Of a stretch of 64,000 nucleotides of DNA, positions 27,527-39,257 are shown piece by piece (position 1 is the first letter of the stretch; every line of letters starts with the position of its first letter). The stretch is from the NCBI GenBank assembly GCA_010093815.1, contig ML996566.1; one strand, 5' to 3'. Under the pieces are notes generated by a model. The model did not search any database, was not told the DNA's origin, and was given only the letters and a program-made list of their open reading frames with translations. The DNA comes from Pseudovirgaria hyperparasitica (Eukaryota). A program made the position numbers and the translations under genes.

Positions 27527-28178
27527 CCGTGTCCCTTGTTAATCTGCTTTATATGGTGCGTGTATTTGACTCTACTATCCGGTCTCTGGATATTTCCTTT
27601 GTGTACATCATTTCTAGGCGCATCACGACTCGGTTGAGTCGACATACGAGAGTGACACGAACAGCGTCAATGATCTTCTTTTGTCTCATTGGGCATTGAG
27701 CTGGCGCTGGTGGTGTTTCTATGTTGTACGTATAGTTGGTCTAGATAATACAGCTTGTGTAACTTATTCAGTGTTTCCTATGACGGCGATCTGCGTGGTT
27801 TTGCTCTGATATAAGTTCTCATGGTGCAAATCAATATATCACTCTGCTGAATGCTTCTTTCGTCTCTGTGTTCTCTGTCTCTTTCGACACTGTTTCTCGT
27901 TCGCTTCGCACATCTGACAACAACACTTACGGGTGTCGTTTTTGGCCCCCTGCGCTAGCCTATGGTATTGATTCGTGAACGGTCCAATACACAATTCACA
28001 ATTGTTCGTTCACGGTGAATTGACTTGCCTCGCTGCTCCGTCCGCCAGGAGCGGGCTCCGCGAGTAGGCCGATAGGGGTTCTTTACGGGTACTTATTTAT
28101 ATACCTAGCTGACCATCGTCAACTATATTCTGTTCTACTACCATCACCAATCAAATATTCGATATCACATCTTTCATC

Positions 28179-28791
28179 ATGAGTTCGGATCTCCGTGCAC
28201 TGCGTGCACATCTGGCAGCTTATCGACATTTCCATGATCCACAAGTCATCAGGAACTTAGCTCGTGAGAGAAATTCTGAGACTCCCATCGAGACTCCAGC
28301 AGAGACCCAATCCGAGACTGCCACTGGCACTGCCACCGAGATTTCAACTGAGACTTCAGCTGATGCCAAAGCAATTCAAGCCTACAAATCCCTCCGCACC
28401 ATCGAAAACTGCTCCAAGATTGTCAACACCCGCATCCCACCCAGAAGCCTCAGCAATCGCGGCCGCGATCAGCTTGCCAGTAAGTCCTTTCCTGGCAGAA
28501 CAACGCAATACCTGAACTGTCTAACCCGACCTAGCCGCGCTGTTCTGCCTCTTCAGAGACGACATCCCGAATATCTACTTCCCGATCGTCTACCAGAAGC
28601 CGGACGATACATGCAAGCTCTCTTACGCGGCGGCAATCGTGGTCGAGGATGATGGCACCAGGCGTGTCCTCCTCCGCGGAGCACCAAGCATCACGCCCCC
28701 TCTAGAAGAAGGTCTTTACGATGACAAGCGCTTTCAGGACCTCCTGATGGAGGCACAACGTAAGACCGCTGTCGTGATCGGTTGGCTTTAG
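28179..28791 (+). CDS. Hypothetical protein B (185 aa; exons 28179-28479 and 28535-28791), paralogue of 23009-23662
   Basis: TATA-like element near 28095; intron GTAAGT..CTAAC..TAG in phase 1; 558 nt open frame after splicing. Confidence 0.72.
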
Positions 28792-30292
28792 TATGGTGTG
28801 CTGAGTGCATGTCGATGATGGTATTATTGGACCTGAGCATGTCGAAACTATACTGACCGACTGAATGTGTTCACTGATCAGCGCTGAACTGGCCGATGCA
28901 ATTGCAACGGATAGACTTCTCTCTATGCCTCTTAGAATCAGCGTTGGGCAATGACTGCACGGACGGAATGGTCCACTTATTACAATCTCAGTTTATACAA
29001 CAAGTCGTGCTATCTCTCCTTGTTCGTATATGTCACTCCAACTATCAAGCCCCCATCAGATTCCCCCAATGTCTCTCCATTCGCTGCCCCTGATAAGCTT
29101 ACGTTTTTGCTCCGAAACTATGCTTGCTATATCACAAGTCTACAGATAATAGACTATTTAGTTCCGTACAGTACAGATGTCGTGGCACTTTATTGCGCGT
29201 TGTTGCCTTGTCGGCTTGGTTCCCTGTTTATGCTACGCTCTGGTTTAGCTCCAGAGCCAGGTAGAAAGTTGTGCATTATTTGTTCTCATACTCAGGGGAC
29301 ATGAAAGAGGATGAAAGCTATGTCGGAGACCGTTGGCCTTGAATCCGGGTTCAAAAGGGGGAGTTACACTCGCAATAAATATGATTGATGGGTAAGGAGA
29401 CTTCGAAGGTTTGTTGAAGATCAAAGGTCAAGTCATTAGTTCTAGGATCCCTGTGATTAGATCAAGAATCCACAGGACCACTCTTGAAAGCAAAACCGTA
29501 TCCGAATGAATCTCTTCCCGAGCGGCCCACAGCATATCTTTCCACACTGTTACATATGAAAACTCACATTTCCAACTCACAGAACGCACTGATCTATCGC
29601 ATCTAAAGAGACCTCATGACGCTCCCTTCCAAGACGACGTTCTATACCGTGGTCAGTGCTTTTCAATTGCGTTCTTCACACATGCCCGAGAGAATGTTGA
29701 CGGTGCGACGCCCGTGCTGTTCAAGAGGTCATTGTTCGGGAGACGAAATACAATTCCTTGGAATTATAAACGTAGCTCAGCGTAGGATGTGTCTGGTTGC
29801 TGTTTGCTAAGGAATTGGAGGTGCAGGCTTGATTACCTTGAGTTGTGATGGTGGGAATAGCATGTTGTTTCCGCTGTATGCTTTATGGGGACACGATAAT
29901 AGCACGGCTACAGCTCTATGCGAGATGTTGGATGAGTAGCTTCTTCACATACTCATAAGAGAACGTAATTACGGCGGTTAGACGTATCTCCTAGTCATTG
30001 TATAGTATCTCGCTGCGCGGGTTTGTGCACCTACCCTGGTTACACCGTCGCAAAGTTTGTATCGAGAAAATCGGCATAACGAGATGATATGAGGGAACCC
30101 ATAGACAATTGAAAAAAAAATGATGACTGATTTCAATGGTACGAAACCCCCTGAGCCCGCGGCCTCGCAACATGGCCGCATGGTAGGCAGCGGTTATAAA
30201 TGCTCAGCCTCGGTGGCAACTCTGCTAGAACTATTTAAACCACAGCCGCCCTCGAAAGTCTCTTTCTTTCCTTCTTTCCTTCTTTCCTCTCA

Positions 30293-30845
30293 AAATCACC
30301 TTCGTTAAAATCATCTTTGTGGAAATCATCTTCGGGCAAATTATCTTTGTATAAATCACCTTCGTGCAAACCATCCTCGAGTAAACTATCTTCGTGCGAA
30401 TCACCTTCGTGTAAATCACCTTCGTGTAAATCACCTTCCTGTAAACCATCTTCGAGTAAACCACCCTCGAGTAAACCATCTTCGTGCAAACCATTCTCGA
30501 TTAAACTATCTTCGTGCAAACCATCCTCGATTAAACTATCTTCGTGCAAACCATCTTCGATTAAACTATCTTCGTGCAAACCATCCTCGATTAAACCATC
30601 TTCGTGTAAACCATCTTCGTGTAAACCATCTTCGTGTAAACCATCTTCGTGTAAACCACCCTCGTGTAAACCACGAGTAAATCATCCTCGATTAAACGAC
30701 CTTCGTGTAAATCACCTTCGAGCAAGCCATCTTCGTGTGAACCTTCTTCGTGCGTACACTATCTTCGAGTAAGCCATCTTCGAATAAACCAGCTTCGAGT
30801 AAATCATCTTCGTGCATACCATCTCCGAGTAAACCATCTTCGAGC
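30293..30845. repeat. 15-bp minisatellite, about 36 units, consensus AAACCATCTTCGTGT / AAACCATCCTCGAGT
   Basis: Directly visible tandem array; one 17-nt and one 11-nt unit break the period. Confidence 0.95.
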
Positions 30846-30882
30846 AACCCTCCCATAGAAACGTGACTTCGTTATACTAGTC

Positions 30883-33120
30883 ATGGAAGAATCTTCATCA
30901 CAACCCTCAAAATCGAGCCAAAAGAGCAATCAGCCTACACAGGGTGTCTTCCCCACGCCAGATAATACTACGTTCCATGCCACGAAGCCTTACAAGGCCC
31001 TTGATCGATCAAGGAAGGAGACTCGACTACTCAGAGTTGATATCCGCAGCAGCGAGTTGACTGAATTAGAGTGCGAGCTGGTACAGAACGTATCGCTCTA
31101 TGACTGGGATGGGAAATACATTGCGCTTTCCTACTCAGCTGGTTCGGCTTCCAATACTTGTGATATTATCGTAGACGACATTAGATTCCAGGCATTTGCC
31201 AACCTTGAACATGCACTGAGGCAAGTTTGCACCTACTGGAAGGCGAGTCAGGATTATGAGGCTACAAAGGGGCTGTTGGTCTGGGCGGATCAAGTTTGCA
31301 TCAATCAGTATGATTATATAGAGAAAGGTCATCAAGTTGGTACGATGACGGACATCTATCACTTGGCCGAACGAGTGGTCATCTGCCTATCGGCCGCCGA
31401 TAGAGATCCATTGTCGGAGGACACAAGATGGCCACGTACTTGGGACGACGAGGAAGCCAAAACGAGCTTTTATGTGGCGAATGAGGGCATTCAATGGATG
31501 ATGAAAGTGGGACTAGATGTTCCTGTGGCACAATATCACGCACAAAGTGGATCACAAGCCCTGACATTGGACCAGCTCAAAGCAAGCATGTTCAGAGACA
31601 TCGACATTGATAACATCCGTAGACTCGATTCTATCCCCAACTTCATGGATCATCAAAGACTATTAGCATACTGGGATGAACATGTGACAAGGACCACTCA
31701 CAATGCACCACCTTTCGGTCTCTGGGATTTGTTGGAGATTTTAAGAAGTTCTTGGTGGAGTAGAGCATGGGTTACGCAGGAGTTTCTCACCGCAAAACGA
31801 GCGGACTTTATTTTCCAGAATCATTCCTTCTCGTGGGAACGTCATCTACATATATTTTGCCCACCGGTCGAGGTATTACGACAGGTTACAGCCTATGATA
31901 GCGAACTCTATCATAAGTACAAGAACTTCGAAGCAACAGGATGCATGGATGACAATCGGGATTTACGTAGCGTGCATCTCACTTGCGTTACGAAATTGCT
32001 ATGGGACCAGAGGAACAAAGCGGATTTGAAGCAATTTTTGGTCCAGTCATGGCGCTGCAAGGCATCTGATCAGCGAGACTTGGTCTATGCTTTTCTTGGG
32101 CTGTCTCGAGATATCACTATTGAGCCGAATTATTCGCCACAGAACAGCCTATCAGCTGTACTTACAACAACAGCAAAAGACATAATCACAGCTGGGAATA
32201 GCTTAGACTTCCTCCATTATGCCCCCCAAACCTCTTGGTTCATCGAATGGCACTTGCCTGGCCCGCATTTACGATTCGATCATTTCGATGGCACATCGAT
32301 TCCAAGGGGTACACGGATACCAAAGTCTACTCCCAACTGTTACGGATGTAATAGATTCATTGATCTCCACTATTACATCTGTGTGACTTGTACGGACTAC
32401 ACCGTATGTAAATGGTGCATGCCTTTAAATGTTTGCTTTAGAGACAAACACCATGAATTCTTATCAAGTGTTGTACCATGGCGTCAGGTTATGAATTTCC
32501 CGATCCCGTCGTGGGCATTCAACTGTACGGAATACCAGCACAGACAATTGAGCTACAGTCGAAAGTTCGAAAGCAAGGAGACCGGTGGGAGTAAAGCAGA
32601 TGCATCTTTCAAGTTTCACCGTCTCAGAGCATATCCTAGCGCGTTTCCAGCCATGGAGGTATTGGGCATGCTAATAGCTCCGCTATTTGACTCTCAATCT
32701 GGGCAGTGGAACCTAAGACTCCGTTTTGATAATAGCCAGTATGAGAAATTCAAGGATATCAACGGGCCATGTTCTCGGGACGGTGAGATGAATCCGTATG
32801 CGGGTAAACGTAAACGACCACGGAGTGATCCACTCTGGTATTGGCCGGCTGAGCTCAAGCCGAACAAATCCACGGCAGACGATCACCTGTTCGAGATTAA
32901 ATCATGCCGCCTGATCGAGAAGAGTGACCAAATGTGGTTGCTTTATGGGTCAGGAGCTCCATTTATTCTGCGGAAGATCGAGGATGTATACCATCTTGTT
33001 GCATCTGTGGAAGTTATACGCGAAAACAAAGACGGCTCGTTCTCTCCACATCCTTCCATCAAGCTGTTGGGGCCGGAGTGGCATGAAAACCCAGTAAGGA
33101 GACGTATTACGTTGATCTAG
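30883..33120 (+). CDS. HET-domain (heterokaryon incompatibility, HET-6-like) protein with inserted ZZ-type zinc finger
   Basis: YIALSYSAG, NLEHALR, WADQVCINQ..EKGHQVGTMTDIY..AERV, WWSRAWVTQE, ASDQRDLVYAFLGL, IPSWA; CYGC..CVTC.DYTVCKWC..HH at 32338-32460. Confidence 0.92.
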   Translation: MEESSSQPSKSSQKSNQPTQGVFPTPDNTTFHATKPYKALDRSRKETRLLRVDIRSSELTELECELVQNVSLYDWDGKYIALSYSAGSASNTCDIIVDDIRFQAFANLEHALRQVCTYWKASQDYEATKGLLVWADQVCINQYDYIEKGHQVGTMTDIYHLAERVVICLSAADRDPLSEDTRWPRTWDDEEAKTSFYVANEGIQWMMKVGLDVPVAQYHAQSGSQALTLDQLKASMFRDIDIDNIRRLDSIPNFMDHQRLLAYWDEHVTRTTHNAPPFGLWDLLEILRSSWWSRAWVTQEFLTAKRADFIFQNHSFSWERHLHIFCPPVEVLRQVTAYDSELYHKYKNFEATGCMDDNRDLRSVHLTCVTKLLWDQRNKADLKQFLVQSWRCKASDQRDLVYAFLGLSRDITIEPNYSPQNSLSAVLTTTAKDIITAGNSLDFLHYAPQTSWFIEWHLPGPHLRFDHFDGTSIPRGTRIPKSTPNCYGCNRFIDLHYYICVTCTDYTVCKWCMPLNVCFRDKHHEFLSSVVPWRQVMNFPIPSWAFNCTEYQHRQLSYSRKFESKETGGSKADASFKFHRLRAYPSAFPAMEVLGMLIAPLFDSQSGQWNLRLRFDNSQYEKFKDINGPCSRDGEMNPYAGKRKRPRSDPLWYWPAELKPNKSTADDHLFEIKSCRLIEKSDQMWLLYGSGAPFILRKIEDVYHLVASVEVIRENKDGSFSPHPSIKLLGPEWHENPVRRRITLI

Positions 33121-33359
33121 CATGAACGATATATAGTAGACTGAGTCGGCTGCAGTTGGATGTAAGAGAATGCGGTATAGATCATTGGAATTCTAATCTT
33201 CCATACTTATAAGGCTATCAAGACGCCATTTCCCCTATCTATGTCTATAAGCTCTAGTTGTTAACGCCATATAAAAAATATCATCAATTACCCCTAACCT
33301 TGGTCTTCTTCAGTCTAGGTCGGCGTACTGCTACGCTCATCGCACACGAAGCTCCGCCG

Positions 33360-35777
33360 TCAGCACGTTCCAGATGCGTTGCTCGAGACCTGTGGATTCA
33401 TGATTGTTGTTCCATCGCTCGTGAGTAGATGATGGCATTTGGTGCGCAAGATCTCGCCATAACTGCCCCAGTACTTATGTGCTCGAACATCGGCCTCATC
33501 CTTTATGACACCGTGACCAAGAGTCACGCACCACATACCTTGGACAAGTGCATTGTGAGCGCTTGGCTCACCGTCCTCCTCCAGTAGAAGGGAGTAGATC
33601 ACGCCCGTATACGCATCAATCTCGCACCCGGAGTCTTCATGTGGAAATATCCACTTGCTCTGGCTTTGCTCGCCAAAGTATGCAATAGGATGCCAAGGAG
33701 TGATAAGTAGGCCAGAATTCCGGTATCTGCGGATCTTTATCTTCTCAACAGGAGTGGGGACAATACCCTTGACCTCACGGAAGCCAGCTTGCGTGCGTAC
33801 GCGGTCACCAACTTCAAGCGAAGAAGTAGGAATGGCGCCTCTTTTCTCGGTCTCGATCGTACATTGCCCAGCCCAGCAAGACCTATCCAGCTGATTCAAC
33901 TCGGACATGAACTTGAGTTTCCCTGGCCCCTTATACCTTCCATAAAACGTATCAAATTCTTGCTTACAGTCCAGGAACAGCGGCGATCTGATTCCATAGC
34001 GTAGGGGGCCTGCATCTTTGAACGTGTTTCGGCGTTGCATGGCGTGTGCGAAGAGCATAGATCGCATAAAGTGCGCGCCCCAGCGTTTGTACTCTAGCTC
34101 TTGTTCGATGCCTCTTTCAGTGGCTACGTTAATGGATGTTTCGATGGCTTCCCAGAGCTGACTTCCGTCTTTGACATCGAGTAAAATGCTTTGATTGTCA
34201 GGATCAGAATGATTGCGAGATTCAATGAGGCGCGCGAGTTGAGCTCGTCTCTTCCGAATATCGACTAGGTGTAACATCTCCTCCTCGACATGCCACGGAC
34301 TCGCACTGGGACGACAAATGTCTTGGATTAGGGCGCACAACCGCCCCCGGTAATCATGGTAGTATTCCTCTGTCTCGGTGGCAGGTTCTAATTTTGAGAG
34401 GTCGTATGTAACGATGAGCTCTTGAGGAGATCCGTTGTGGGATAAACAAGACGTGTAGCGTAACTTGATCTGAATGGAACCTTGAGTAGGACGCTGCGCA
34501 TATCGGAAGATGAAGTCTCGCGATTGTCCATACTGTAGACTCCCGAGGTGTAGGGTCGTACTCGTATTGTAGGAGGCTATCGTATCCTCTCCATTCGTTC
34601 CCAGGAGGTCTGTGGGGCAGCGTAGGACAGCGCAGCCGGGCGGCAGAACCATCGAGAGTTCAGTGTTAGTAGCAAATGATGACATAACGTTAGATACTGC
34701 ACTGCTGAAAACGTTGCAGGCATTATTGAGGTCCGAAATGTAGGCAAAGCTTCCTTTTCCTATGTTTGCAAGGAGATGCAGAAGTCCCGAATCAACGTGC
34801 TGTCCAAATCCGATAGTGTGGAGAGTTGGCGAGAACTTGTTATTCTTGCGACTTTTGCAGAGGATCTCTTTGATCGAGCTCTCTCAAGAACTTGGATTCT
34901 CCTCATTTGCTACGCCGTCTGTCAAGACAAAGATGACCTTCACGGCGTTCCTGTCCATCTCGGGTTCTTCATCGTAGAGACCATAACCAGCTTTAATCCC
35001 ACCAAAAAGGTTTGTGCGTCCGTTGGCCATGATCTTGTCCACTTCCTCCTTGATTGCTTGTTTTTTTTCCCTGGTAGCCCGTACCAAGGACTGTTTTATT
35101 TTAACTTCGGAAGAAAACGTGACGATACCGATTCGATCATTATCTCCGAGCATATCTACGATTGATTTGGCGGCGGTTTTAATGACACGCTTGGGTTTGC
35201 AGGATTGCGGTTTGCCAATTAGTTCGCCGGGTCCTGATCTCCTGTCCAGTTTGTAGGATCTTGTTCCTGCGGGGGAATTCTGTTCCCACTTAGGTATCTT
35301 GGCTGGTAACTGCATGCTCTCGGAACTATCCAATACTAGTACGATATCACATGGTACGTGATTTATGTCGATCTTCGGCTTCTTTGGCGGTAGAACTGAG
35401 ACTAGTATACCATCATGGTGGACAAGGGAGTGTGCTTTGATACGAAGATCCATAGCGCTGGGTTGGATGGTTGCAGCATGATTCTGTTCCACCGACGACA
35501 GAAGTTGAGATGCTTGGATAAGCCGCGATTCTACGTCGATATCTCGTCGAATGACTTCCATGTAGAGCTCGTCATCACCAAGCTCCGTATCAGGGGTAAA
35601 TCGGCCGTTAACAAAGTCATATTCATCATCAGACATCGCATCGGATTCTGGATTATGAATCTTTCGTCGAGAAACTATTTCTTTGTCTTTTCTACGTTGC
35701 TCTTGTGCATACTCGTCCGGTGCTTCATAGGTGTAGTGTGAACGGTAATTCATACCTGCAGGGTTCAGTCGTTCCAT
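33360..35777 (-). pseudogene. vWA + Vwaint + Vint (Hint-domain) gene, one continuous frame interrupted by a single TGA at 34886-34884
   Basis: MIDAS DIVLVLDSSESM..TNL..VLTDG; after the stop, HTIGFG..DSGLL..LA..GKGSFAYI; RWGAHFMRS..AH..Q..NTFKDAG; Hint SCWAG..GDRV..ITPWHPI..CVTLGHG..AH.YWG. Confidence 0.8.
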
Positions 35778-36579
35778 CTGCAGCGTGGTGGTGACTTAAC
35801 ACGTCGGTTTGGAAGCTTGATGCGGGAGGATTTTGCGACTTTGTTTGATGTAGGAAGCGGATGCTGTTGAATCTGAAATGTGTCGTTGGTCAAATGCTCC
35901 CTTATATAGCGACGTCAGAGTGGCAGTGAAATACAATGCTGTTGCCTGTGAGTGCATATTTGCTTCACAATGCTCTCCTGTGGCAATTGGGTGAGATACG
36001 CCTCACTGCGCCAGTATTACACTACAAAGCTTGTTTCAATCTTAGGTCCTGAGTAGTATCTCCGCAACGTGAATGATGTATTTGTGTATCATGAAAGACA
36101 TCGACAGAAAAGAGCCTGAGCAATCTTTGAAACGTGCTCGATGTCGGCTTGTCAAATTTACGTCTCCGTGGTAAATGATAGTCTTGAGCATTCCAGGAAT
36201 ATCCAGTGGCATGTTCGAAGCATTGTTTAGAGACATAGGGATGGGTCTCTAGCCTGCAAGGCACAACTGGGTAGCGGCGAATGAAAGCACACGCCTTCGC
36301 TGCTCACAGGGGGGACGTTTAGACATTTTTCAAGCACTTTCGTTGGTCCAAGCCTTGTTGAACGATCATATTTTTGAATGCGCCATATTACCTGGCAGCC
36401 TTTAGTGGTTGAGGGTGTGTCGTTGATGCCTGCGGTACCTCAAGCGCTCCGCTTAACGCTACCACCAACCACAGCCACAGCACAGCCACAAATCTTTGTT
36501 AGGGACTAATTAGGGTTCACAAGTTCAATTCGTGATATTGTTTTTGCCAACTTGGCAAAAACAAAAACGATACATCAAC

Positions 36580-37548
<969 letters not shown>

Positions 37549-37699
37549 GGCATATTGTACATTGCAGGCTCATTGGGCTCACCCTGTGCAACCATGTACA
37601 GCCAAATATGCCAAGACAAATGCAAAATACGGGTATATGCCAAACGCCGATACTTCTATGACACAAAGCAACCAAGCACAGGTTTCGACCGAGACATGT

Positions 37700-38620
37700 T
37701 CATTCGTCGATTCCAGCCCATTCTTCCTCATCGCTCTCCACTGCCAACTCAGCCCCGGAAGATGATGGCTTCTCCTGACCAGTGCCATTCCAGTCTTGTA
37801 GTCTCTCGTCCTCCAAAGCCTCTTTCACACGTTCACGCACTGGTTTCGTCGGGCTCTTTGTGCCGAGTTCCTTCAGCGGCTCCAGCATTGTATTTAGTGG
37901 CATGTGCCCTTGCCTTTCCTCATCAACCCTGTCCAATTCGTCAATAAATATATCCGCAACGTGTAGTCGTAGTCCATTCGGTATTTTGCTGTCGTAGATA
38001 TTCAACGGCGTTGTTTGGAGGACCTCCGCGTGTGCGGTGATGTCGGAAGTGTTCTTCCAATTGTCATGCGAGAGAAATTTGAAGGAGGTATGGAGGTAGC
38101 GGCGTATGAGGAGTAGGAACTTGTCCATGCTAAGGAGGTGCGGTTTAGCGAAGTCCTATCCTGCAAACCGCTCTGTGGGAACAAGAGAAAGACATACCGT
38201 AACCGATCTATCTCACTCCACTGTGCCGCCATTGTTTTCCAGAATGCACTTAGGAAAGGCAGTACCGTCTCGTGTGGTAGTATGTCAACAAGGCTTGCAA
38301 GATCGTTGGCTAGACGTTGCTGCACCGGTCGCTTATCGCTCATCCACATGCCTTCAATCATCAGCGCCAGGGCAAGTGCGCATCGGAATGGCACACTAAC
38401 AGTAAAAGAGTCCTTTCCAAAGCTTCAAGAGCTCAATATCGTTCAGCCCTTTCCGGGATCCGAGATATACTCTTAGACTCTGTAGTGCCTCATCGCGGGC
38501 ATGTCGGTCTGCAGATAAGAATAATGGTCAGCAAGTGACTCGTGCGAGGTATCATAGAATCGACGAACCGCTCGATGCGAGTTGCTTTACGAATGGACTG
38601 CTTTGCGCTTTTAGATCCAT
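37700..38620 (-). CDS. RRP1: rRNA processing protein Rrp1/Nop52, 4 exons
   Basis: PFVKQLASS, ELLKLWKGLFY, WMSDKRPVQQRLA, QWSEIDRLRMDKFLLLIRRYL, PNGLRLHVADIFIDEL. Confidence 0.93.
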
Positions 38621-38693
38621 ATGTGAAAGTTGTTCTCGAAGTTTTCTGAAAGTGAAGTAGTTTCTGCTCTGTGCAAATACCATAAAAGAAAAA

Positions 38694-38706
38694 CGTTATC
38701 GATAAG
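38694..38706. promoter_or_regulatory. Palindromic TTATCGATAA motif upstream of RRP1
   Basis: CGTTATCGATAAG 74 bp from the RRP1 ATG; the same 12-mer lies upstream of PUF6. Confidence 0.6.
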
Positions 38707-38724
38707 ACAGTGACAGCAGCAAGG

Positions 38725-39257
38725 TTTAGCTAAATACACTATATTGTTATATTTCCTACTAGTAATATAGCTTATACATTATAAATATAATATAGAATAC
38801 TCTAATTAGAATAGAAGACGGGATTTTACTTTTTCTTCTATCCTTATTAGTTAAAAGAATAATTATCTATTTATTCTAGTTATATTTTACTTAGTAAGCT
38901 AGAATACCTCGGACTATCGTCGGGTATTATAGCTAGCGCTAAGTAGATCTATAAGTTCTAAGAGTAGTTCTATAGTTCTTCTCTATCTAAAAAGGTAGTA
39001 AATTTTCTAGGGAAAAGATACTATCTTCATTTAACTTTCTAAGGTTATATAGTAAGTTTTACTTTCTTTCTTTACTATCTTATCTTTCTTTTAGAGTTTA
39101 TTATTAATATTAAAGTCTAGAATAAGAAAAATAACCTTAGAAGCTAGAAAGAAGTATGTTATCTAGTTCTACCTTTACTTATACTAATAATTCCTTATAT
39201 ATATGTTATCTTAGTAAGTAACACTAACTAGAAGGTTTATATAGATGCGTAAGTATA
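38725..39257. repeat. AT-rich island with repeat-induced point mutation (RIP) signature
   Basis: Roughly 25% GC by hand count, versus about 50% in flanks; only about 5 CpA/TpG in 38761-39240 with very abundant TpA; sharp borders. Confidence 0.88.

Noticed and set aside
30293..30845. CRISPR array or genuine pentapeptide-repeat CDS
   Set aside because: No unique spacers and a eukaryotic context; the track ORFs start at TTG or internal codons and are broken by off-period units.
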